Source of the DNA: a virus
DNA: 5,054 nt
Direction: 5' to 3' (one strand)
Virus record (IMG/VR): IMGVR_UViG_3300030031_000004
Location: 1 to 5,054 of that record
The notes beneath the pieces are model-generated. The model was not told the DNA's origin. It did no database searches and saw nothing but the letters and a program-made list of their open reading frames with translations. Below, piece by piece: positions 1-5,054 of this stretch. The translations under genes were made by a program, and so were the position numbers. The stretch's first letter is position 1. Every line of letters starts with the position of its first letter.

Positions 1-85
1 AGGTCGCATTCCTGAATTCATGGTTGCTTCTAATCGTCCTGGTATAGGTGCAAAATGGCTCGAAGATCATGGCGAAGAATGCTAT
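1..85. repeat. Terminal redundancy: exact copy of 4970..5054 (overlap from a circular genome)
   Basis: Read base by base, 1..85 (aggtcgcattcctgaattcatgg...gaagaatgctat) is identical to 4970..5054. Both copies sit in the same reading frame of the Rep gene, so the unit circle is 4969 nt. Confidence 0.95.
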
Positions 86-316
86 GCCAATGATTATATT
101 GTTATTAACGGTAAGAAGATGCGTCCTCCTCGTTATTATGATAAGAAATTTGATGAAACGCATCCTCACTGGATGGAGTTTATTCGTAATAACCGTATTG
201 AGAAGATGCTTCATAACCTGGAGAACAATACTTTTGAACGTTTGATTAATCGTTGTCGCGTTCAAGAAGGTAAGTACAAGCATTTTCTTGGCAGAAAGCT
301 TGACAAGGTATTATGA
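1..316 (+). CDS. VP4: Replication initiation protein VP4 (HUH rolling-circle Rep), C-terminal part; continues 4374..4969 across the circular junction
   Basis: Codon phase starts at nt 2 (GRIPEFMVASNRPGIGAKWLEDHGEECY...), in frame with the ORF that runs off the window end. Stop TGA at 314..316. The SNRPGIG..W segment is typical of the region downstream of the catalytic Tyr in microvirus Rep. The track's ATG at 20 is an internal Met, not a start. Confidence 0.9.
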   Translation, partial: GRIPEFMVASNRPGIGAKWLEDHGEECYANDYIVINGKKMRPPRYYDKKFDETHPHWMEFIRNNRIEKMLHNLENNTFERLINRCRVQEGKYKHFLGRKLDKVL

Positions 317-328
317 TTGTGTTATCAT
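300..328 (+). promoter_or_regulatory. Sigma70-type promoter P1 (TTGACA - 17 nt - TATCAT, with extended -10 TGt)
   Basis: TTGACA at 300..305, 17-nt spacer 306..322 ending in tgt, TATCAT at 323..328. It lies in the last codons of Rep, about 19 nt upstream of the next ORF. Same architecture as the promoters at 823 and 4328. Confidence 0.6.
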
Positions 329-346
329 TAAGTCAGAAACGAGGTG

Positions 347-586
347 ATGCTTATTAGTGAATTTGAAGCTGTTAAAAAATTCTGTCGTTATCGTAATATT
401 TCTTTTGACTACTCTTTTCGTGGTAGTAAATATGCCGCTTACCGTCTTAAGCCTGATGGTTCTAGGGTTATTCGCCTTGATAATGACTATTTTGTTATAT
501 CAGCTACGCTTTATCTTATGATTCGCAGGTATTTAGTTGCATTTAGAAAAGGAGATGGTTCCGCTGAGACTTTATTCCATTTATGA
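347..586 (+). CDS. Hypothetical small basic protein (79 aa from ATG 347; 80 aa if GTG 344), orphan accessory ORF between VP4 and VP5
   Basis: Open frame with the T-ending codon bias seen in the confirmed genes (cgt, ctt, gct, ggt, tct). It sits directly downstream of promoter P1. GAGGTG at 341..346 abuts the ATG, so Shine-Dalgarno (SD) spacing is poor. I recognise no family motif. Its 3' end overlaps the VP5-like start. Confidence 0.5.
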   Translation: MLISEFEAVKKFCRYRNISFDYSFRGSKYAAYRLKPDGSRVIRLDNDYFVISATLYLMIRRYLVAFRKGDGSAETLFHL

Positions 587-845
587 TTCCAAGGCTGAAC
601 AGTTCAGTCCTCCGCAGGTTTATCACAATGATATGCTCGCTCTTCGAGCTTTTGAAGGTATAGTTAATGATGATAAAATGCTTATTAAAAAGTATCCTGA
701 AGACTTTTCTCTTTATTATGTTGGCAATCTTGGTGACAGCGACGGTCGCTATTACGTTGAGAATTGTGACGAGTCCCACATTCCTGTCATGGTTGGTCGC
801 GCCATAGAATATGTGCAGATTGTTGACAATGACTCTACTAAGTGA
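555..845 (+). CDS. VP5: VP5-like non-structural protein (gokushovirus ORF5 family)
   Basis: The pattern MVPLRLYSIYDSKAEQFSPPQ...NDMLALRAFEGIVND...YPEDFSLYYVGNLGDSDG matches my recollection of the ORF5/VP5 family (short N-terminus, hydrophobic-x-hydrophobic-D-x-K, PF/PP, A-x-R-x-F, PED(Y/F)-x-L, G-x-(Y/F)D-x-x-x-G). It is in the expected position between VP4 and VP3. The start is ambiguous: ATG 555 has AAGGAG directly adjacent, while TTG 537 (the track start) has a weak AGGT 7 nt upstream. Stop TGA at 843..845. Confidence 0.75.
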   Translation: MVPLRLYSIYDSKAEQFSPPQVYHNDMLALRAFEGIVNDDKMLIKKYPEDFSLYYVGNLGDSDGRYYVENCDESHIPVMVGRAIEYVQIVDNDSTK

Positions 846-851
846 TAATCT
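823..851 (+). promoter_or_regulatory. Sigma70-type promoter P2 (TTGACA - 17 nt - TAATCT, with extended -10 TGa)
   Basis: TTGACA at 823..828, 17-nt spacer 829..845 ending in tga (the VP5 stop codon), TAATCT at 846..851. An alternative -10 is GATAAT at 844..849 with a 15-nt spacer. It is the only promoter-like site upstream of the VP3-VP1-VP2 block. Confidence 0.5.
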
Positions 852-868
852 AATAAAGAGCGTATCAG

Positions 869-904
869 AAAAAAGGACGATCTCATGGAGATCGCCCTTT
901 TTTT
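869..904 (+). terminator. Rho-independent terminator downstream of the VP5-like gene
   Basis: A-run 869..874; stem GGACGATCTC (875..884) pairs with GAGATCGCCC (888..897) with one A.C mismatch; loop ATG; then T7 (898..904). This is the classic hairpin plus U-tract, and the flanking A-run makes it symmetric. Confidence 0.8.
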
Positions 905-952
905 GTGCGCTACGCCCGCCGCGTCTAGGCGCCTGCGAAAGGAGGTGAAACT

Positions 953-1435
953 ATGAAATTTAAGACAGCTTATGATCCCGTAGAAGAACATGATCATTGC
1001 GGCATTGAATTTACTATGCCGTCTTTAACCGTACAGGACGAGAAAGACGAGACTGATATCAACTACATCGTAAATAAGTATGCAGATGGTCAGAAAGGTA
1101 TCATGACTCTTGATCTCGGCGATAGTTCGCAATACGCTTACCTGCAGTTTGGAGATGCAACGCTTCCCGGCGACTACAGTACCGCCCTCGAACTTGTTTC
1201 TGGAGTACGAGAAGAATTCTATAGCTTACCCGCATACGTTCGAGCAAAATTCGGTCACGATCCTATGAATTTTATCAACCAATTGAACGATCCTGTAACG
1301 CTCGAATATCTCCAACAACAAGGCTTGTATGGTAGCAGAGATACTTCCTACGAACCACAACAATCCGTAAGTAGTGAACAAACACAAGAAAAAAGTAACA
1401 CTTTAGAACAAAATAATAAAGAAACACAAAAATAG
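953..1435 (+). CDS. VP3: Internal scaffolding protein VP3 (gokushovirus/Chlamydia-phage scaffold family)
   Basis: ATG 953 lies 5 nt after GGAGGTG (941..947). The protein shows the scaffold pattern I recall: MKFKTAY start, PSLT-Q-x-x-KDE-DIN-IV-KY, GD-x-x-x-x-DY-x-x-AL, F-x-x-LPA-x-VR-KF-x-x-DP-x-x-F. It ends in a Q/E/K/S-rich low-complexity tail. Stop TAG at 1433..1435. Confidence 0.85.
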   Translation: MKFKTAYDPVEEHDHCGIEFTMPSLTVQDEKDETDINYIVNKYADGQKGIMTLDLGDSSQYAYLQFGDATLPGDYSTALELVSGVREEFYSLPAYVRAKFGHDPMNFINQLNDPVTLEYLQQQGLYGSRDTSYEPQQSVSSEQTQEKSNTLEQNNKETQK

Positions 1436-1484
1436 GCGTCACCGAAGCCAGTTACTTACTTGATGTAACTGGCGTAGGTGACGC
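1436..1484 (+). other. Compound 17-bp stem-loop in the VP3-VP1 intergenic region (candidate ssDNA origin or structural element)
   Basis: Outer stem GCGTCACC (1436..1443) pairs with GGTGACGC (1477..1484). There is a 3x3 internal loop. Inner stem GCCAGTTAC (1447..1455) pairs with GTAACTGGC (1465..1473). The 9-nt loop is TTACTTGAT (1456..1464). AAAAAT follows, not a T-run, so it is not a canonical + strand terminator. Confidence 0.8.
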
Positions 1485-1496
1485 AAAAATAATCTA

Positions 1497-1536
1497 AAAC
1501 CTAATAATAATTTTCTTTAGGTTAATTATTAGGTTT
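1497..1536 (+). repeat. AT-rich inverted repeat (12-bp stem, 16-nt loop) just upstream of the VP1 ribosome-binding site
   Basis: AAACCTAATAAT (1497..1508) is the reverse complement of ATTATTAGGTTT (1525..1536). Confidence 0.65.
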
Positions 1537-1558
1537 ACACTCCAAAGAAGGTGAAATT

Positions 1559-3238
1559 TTGGCTCGAAAAAAAATAAGAGTTCGAGGACATCGCTTTAGC
1601 GATGCTCCTGCAATGTACATGAAAAGGAGTAAATTCGACCGTTCGCATGTTTATAAGACAACGTTTAATTCAGGTAAGCTTATACCTGTATTTGTTGACG
1701 AGGTTTTGCCTGGCGATACTACCCGTATGTCTGTTAATTACTTCGCTCGTTTGGCTACTCCTGTTAAGCCTATCATGGATAATATTTATTTTGACTGGTT
1801 TTTCTTTTTTGTCCCAAATCGTCTCGTTTGGGAACATTGGCAGAATTTCTGTTTTGAGCAGGAAGACCCTGATGATAGTACTGATTATGTCATTCCTACT
1901 ATTTCTGCTTCTTCTAAAGTTGTAAATTCTCTTGTTGGCAGTCTCTGGGATTACTTTGGACTGCCTATTAATACTACCGAGAACATATCAGGTATTAATT
2001 CTCTGCCTTTTCGCGGCGTTTATCTTATTTGGAACGAATGGTTTAGAGATGAAAACCTCCAGAAATCTGTCAAAATTCAGAAAGGCGATGCCAATGAGGT
2101 TTTAGATTCCTCCCGAATTTCTGAGCAGCCTTCTTGGGTTCTCAATTCTCCTGCTACTAGTGCTTATCCCGGCTATGCTTGCCCTCCCCGTGGTAAGCGT
2201 CATGATTACTTTACGTCTGCCCTTCCGTGGACGCAGAAAGGACCCGGCGTTTCTATAGGTCTTGCTGGTACTGCTCCTGTTCAAGGTAATTTCAGTATTA
2301 GCGGTTTTCAGACTGGTACTGTTACTGCAGAGGACAGTGATCATAATCTTCAAGCGCTTGCTGTTGCAGGTAAAGTTGGTCGTATTTCGGGGTATCCCGA
2401 AATTACTTCTTGGCCTACGGAAAATGTTACTGTAGGCGGCTTGAGTCAGTCTGGTTTGTATGCTAACCTTGATGAGTCCTCTGTTTTTACTATTAATAGC
2501 TTACGTACAGCTTTTCAAATGCAGAAGTTTTATGAGCGCCTTGCTCGTGGTGGTAGTCGGTACACAGAAGTGCTTCGCTCTTTCTTCGGCGTAGTTTCTC
2601 CTGACGCCCGTCTTCAGCGCCCTGAATTTCTTGGTAGTTTCACTAAAATGATAAATGTCAATCCAATAGCTCAGACTTCTGCGACCGACAACACCTCTCC
2701 TCAAGGTAATCTTTCTGCTTATGGCGTTACTGCGGCTAAGTTTCACGGTTTTACTAAGTCTTTTGTTGAACATGGCTATATATTTGGTTTTGTATGTGCT
2801 CGTGCCGACCTTACTTATCAGCAAGGTATCAACAAGATGTGGCTTCGTTCTACGGTCTATGATTTTTACTGGCCTACCTTTGCCAATCTCGGCGAGCAGG
2901 CCATTGAACTTCGTGAGATTTATGCTCAAGGTACCTCGGCTGATACTACCGTTTTCGGTTATCAGGAACGCTATTCCGAATATCGTTATAAGCCTTCGCA
3001 GATTACAGGTAAATTCCGTAGTTCTGTCGCTGATGGCAACCTTGATGTTTGGCATCTTTCTCAGTTTTTCAAAAACGCTCCTACCCTTAATGAGGAGTTC
3101 ATAGTTGAAAATCCTCCTATTAGTCGTATTATTGCTGTTCAGGATGAGCCTGAGTTTCTACTTGATGTAGGTTTCCGTTATACTACAGTTCGTCCTATGC
3201 CTATGTTCGGCACACCTGGTCTTGTTGACCATTTCTAA
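1559..3238 (+). CDS. VP1: Major capsid protein VP1 (microvirus F-like jelly-roll capsid, gokushovirus type), TTG start
   Basis: 559 aa. The N-terminus HRFSDAP..KRSKFDRSHVYKTTFNSGKLIPVFVDEVLPGDT, then HDYFTSALPWTQKG, INSLRTAFQMQKFYERLARGGSRYTEVLRSFFG and RLQRPEFLG are hallmark gokushovirus VP1 blocks. The frame opens at 1526 after a TAA. TTG 1559 lies 4 nt after AAGGTGA (1548..1554). The first in-frame ATG (1613) has no SD and would delete conserved N-terminal residues. Stop TAA at 3236..3238. Confidence 0.95.
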   Translation: MARKKIRVRGHRFSDAPAMYMKRSKFDRSHVYKTTFNSGKLIPVFVDEVLPGDTTRMSVNYFARLATPVKPIMDNIYFDWFFFFVPNRLVWEHWQNFCFEQEDPDDSTDYVIPTISASSKVVNSLVGSLWDYFGLPINTTENISGINSLPFRGVYLIWNEWFRDENLQKSVKIQKGDANEVLDSSRISEQPSWVLNSPATSAYPGYACPPRGKRHDYFTSALPWTQKGPGVSIGLAGTAPVQGNFSISGFQTGTVTAEDSDHNLQALAVAGKVGRISGYPEITSWPTENVTVGGLSQSGLYANLDESSVFTINSLRTAFQMQKFYERLARGGSRYTEVLRSFFGVVSPDARLQRPEFLGSFTKMINVNPIAQTSATDNTSPQGNLSAYGVTAAKFHGFTKSFVEHGYIFGFVCARADLTYQQGINKMWLRSTVYDFYWPTFANLGEQAIELREIYAQGTSADTTVFGYQERYSEYRYKPSQITGKFRSSVADGNLDVWHLSQFFKNAPTLNEEFIVENPPISRIIAVQDEPEFLLDVGFRYTTVRPMPMFGTPGLVDHF

Positions 3239-3250
3239 GGAGTTGATATT

Positions 3251-3979
3251 GTGTCATGGCTTTCTAATACTTTAGGCAGTGTTGCTGGCTCTGTTTTAGG
3301 ATCTGCAGTTCAGAATCATTACAACTCTGCTAATGCCGCACAGGCTAACGCGTGGAACGTTGAAAACTATAAACATCGTTATCAATGGGCCGTAGAAGAT
3401 ATGCGCAAGGCTGGTCTTAATCCTATTCTTGCCGCAACTAATGGTATAGGCGGTTCTATATCTGGAGCTTCAGCCGCTTCTGTAGGTATGAGTGATATAG
3501 GTTCTACCATGAACTCTGCCAAAGCCGCTAGTGCCGCTGAAAGGCAGGCTAAGAACGCCGAGAATCTTGCAGTATCTCAAATTGAAAAAAACGTCGCAGA
3601 AGCCGATTCTGTGCGTCAGAGTACCCATGGAACAGTTCTCCAGAATGGTATACTTGCAAATGACTTGAATTTACGTGAGCAGACTTACGAGAAGCGTCTT
3701 AGCTATGAGCTTGAAAAGATGAGTTTAGAACTTGAGAATATGCATCTTCAAGGTTCTTATCTTGAGTCTGGTATCTTAAGCAATATTGCCTCTGCTAACC
3801 GTTCTAATTCTGCCGCCGCTTTTGATAATATTCAAACTGAAATGGCAGGTATGGAACGTGATTTCTATAAGAATCTTGAAGGTCTTACAGGCGCTCCCAG
3901 ATCTGTTGCTACTGGCGTTGGTTCTGCTTTTAAAAATCTTATAAGCTTCCTCGGAGGTCGTTATTTCGGAAGGAGATAA
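3251..3979 (+). CDS. VP2: Minor capsid / DNA pilot protein VP2, GTG start
   Basis: 242 aa. It has a Gly/Ser/Ala-rich N-terminus and the motif YQWAVEDMRKAGLNPILAA, typical of gokushovirus VP2 (A-x-x-D-hydrophobic-K/R-x-AGLNP-x-LA), followed by coiled-coil-like A/E/N/L-rich segments. The frame opens at 3239 right after the VP1 stop. GTG 3251 lies 8 nt after AAGGAG (3237..3242). The next in-frame Met is about 50 codons in. Confidence 0.9.
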   Translation: MSWLSNTLGSVAGSVLGSAVQNHYNSANAAQANAWNVENYKHRYQWAVEDMRKAGLNPILAATNGIGGSISGASAASVGMSDIGSTMNSAKAASAAERQAKNAENLAVSQIEKNVAEADSVRQSTHGTVLQNGILANDLNLREQTYEKRLSYELEKMSLELENMHLQGSYLESGILSNIASANRSNSAAAFDNIQTEMAGMERDFYKNLEGLTGAPRSVATGVGSAFKNLISFLGGRYFGRR

Positions 3980-3984
3980 TTATT

Positions 3985-4224
3985 ATGTCAAACAAAACTA
4001 CCATGATTCTTACTTTTATCGTTTCTGTCGTTGTACCCTTTATTCAGGAAGTTGTGGATCTAATCGAAGCTCTGAAAGGTAAAGCTTCTTCGAACACTGT
4101 TACTGCTAAAAAAGTTGCTTCGGACTTTCAAGCCGATGTTGCGCAACTTGTTGACCCAGTTGTTAATAAGAATGATTCTAAAAAAACTAGCCGTTTTTTC
4201 GGTTCTTGGAGGGATGCTAAATGA
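3985..4224 (+). CDS. Hypothetical 79-aa protein with an N-terminal hydrophobic helix (orphan; candidate membrane or lysis protein)
   Basis: ATG 3985 lies 9 nt after AGGAG (3971..3975). Codon bias resembles the neighbouring genes. Residues 5-21 (TTMILTFIVSVVVPFIQ) are uncharged and include a Pro; the rest is polar with a basic C-terminus (KKTSRFFGSWRDAK). Its TGA stop (4222..4224) overlaps the next ATG (4221), forming ATGA, which suggests translational coupling. Confidence 0.65.
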   Translation: MSNKTTMILTFIVSVVVPFIQEVVDLIEALKGKASSNTVTAKKVASDFQADVAQLVDPVVNKNDSKKTSRFFGSWRDAK

Positions 4225-4331
4225 GACGTCGTCGCTTATCTAAGCGAGGTTCTCGTCGTCTTTTCCGGCGTACCTCCAAATCTCGTCGCAGAAATTTTAA
4301 AAGAGTAGGACGAGGTGGATTTAGGATTTGA
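4221..4331 (+). CDS. VP8: 36-aa arginine-rich DNA-binding/packaging protein (VP8/ORF8, functional analogue of phiX174 J); absent from the ORF track
   Basis: Hand translation gives MRRRRLSKRGSRRLFRRTSKSRRRNFKRVGRGGFRI, with stop TGA at 4329..4331. That is 13 Arg and 4 Lys in 36 residues. It is coupled to the upstream ORF through ATGA and sits immediately upstream of VP4, as in other gokushoviruses. Confidence 0.8.
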   Translation: MRRRRLSKRGSRRLFRRTSKSRRRNFKRVGRGGFRI

Positions 4332-4356
4332 CATTCTGACTTAATCCTGATACAAT
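4328..4356 (+). promoter_or_regulatory. Sigma70-type promoter P3 (TTGACA - 17 nt - TACAAT, with extended -10 TGa) for the Rep gene
   Basis: TTGACA at 4328..4333 (overlapping the VP8 stop), 17-nt spacer 4334..4350 ending in tga, TACAAT at 4351..4356. Rep's SD AGGTGA (4363..4368) and ATG 4374 follow, implying a leader of only about 10-12 nt. Confidence 0.7.
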
Positions 4357-4373
4357 CGGTACAGGTGATTAAT

Positions 4374-5054
4374 ATGGTTTGTTATAATCCTATTCTTATG
4401 TACCCAGTTGAAGGAGCGATTACTAAAAATGGAAAACAACATTATAGTTTTTACGGTAGCCTTGCCTCTCACCCTGAGCTTGCTGGCGATAGCCGTTTCA
4501 TTCGTTGTTCTTGTAAACAATGCATCGGTTGTCGTCTCGAAAATAGTAGACAGTGGGCTGTCCGTGCTGTTCACGAAGCCCGTTCTTCGTCTTCTGCTTA
4601 TTTCGTTACTTGCACTTTCGATGATTATCATTTGCCACGTGATAAAAGCTTAAGCAAGAAATTTCATCAGATTTTCATGAAAAATCTTCGTCGTGAGTAT
4701 GGCAGTGGTATTCGCTTTCTTGGCTGTGGTGAATATGGTGAACTTCATGGTCGCCCTCATTATCATTACATTTTGTTTAATATTGATTTTGATGACAAAA
4801 TTTTTCGGTTCCGTACAGATGGTTATAATACTTATACTTCTTCTCGTTTTGCCAAAGTATGGAAATACGGTATGCATCTTATTGGTGAGTTTAGCTTTGA
4901 TTCTGCTGCCTATGTCGCTCGCTATATAGTTAAAAAACAGACAGGTAAAGACGCTCCTTCTCACTATAAAGGTCGCATTCCTGAATTCATGGTTGCTTCT
5001 AATCGTCCTGGTATAGGTGCAAAATGGCTCGAAGATCATGGCGAAGAATGCTAT
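4374..5054 (+). CDS. VP4: Replication initiation protein VP4 (HUH rolling-circle Rep), N-terminal and catalytic part; runs off the window end and continues at nt 2..316 after circularisation
   Basis: ATG 4374 lies 5 nt after AGGTGA. Hand translation gives MVCYNPILMYP...CSCKQCIGCRLENSRQW (Cys cluster). Motif I is FVTCTF (4602..4619). Motif II, the HUH, is GRPHYHYILF (HYH at 4758..4766). Motif III is AAYVARYIVKK with two Tyr (4911..4913 and 4923..4925), as in phiX174 protein A. There is no stop before the window end, and 4970..5054 duplicates 1..85. The joined protein is 303 aa. Confidence 0.92.
   Translation, partial: MVCYNPILMYPVEGAITKNGKQHYSFYGSLASHPELAGDSRFIRCSCKQCIGCRLENSRQWAVRAVHEARSSSSAYFVTCTFDDYHLPRDKSLSKKFHQIFMKNLRREYGSGIRFLGCGEYGELHGRPHYHYILFNIDFDDKIFRFRTDGYNTYTSSRFAKVWKYGMHLIGEFSFDSAAYVARYIVKKQTGKDAPSHYKGRIPEFMVASNRPGIGAKWLEDHGEECY
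4970..5054. repeat. Terminal redundancy: exact copy of 1..85
   Basis: Identical 85-nt string. See the feature at 1..85. Confidence 0.95.

Overview
The window is one complete, circularly permuted genome of a Gokushovirinae-like microvirus (Microviridae, ssDNA). Bases 1..85 repeat exactly at 4970..5054, giving a 4969-nt circle, and the junction falls inside the replication-initiator gene. All credible genes are on the + strand, in the usual gokushovirus order. They are: VP4/Rep (4374..4969 joined to 1..316, 303 aa, HUH and YxxxY motifs); an orphan 79-80 aa ORF; a VP5-like protein; VP3 scaffold; VP1 major capsid (TTG start); VP2 pilot/minor capsid (GTG start); an orphan 79-aa protein with an N-terminal hydrophobic helix; and a 36-aa arginine-rich VP8/J-like protein missing from the ORF track. 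Three + strand promoters share one architecture (TTGACA, 17-nt spacer ending in TGn, then TAnnnT). There is one clear intrinsic terminator and two strong intergenic hairpins. I see no multi-gene defence or mobile system. The points worth follow-up are small: two candidate lysis proteins (one stand-alone, one overprinted in Rep), a hairpin loop displaying a phiX174-ori-like ACTTGAT, a promoter firing straight into a terminator ahead of the structural genes, and two orphan ORFs. All homology statements come from memory of family patterns, not from searches.
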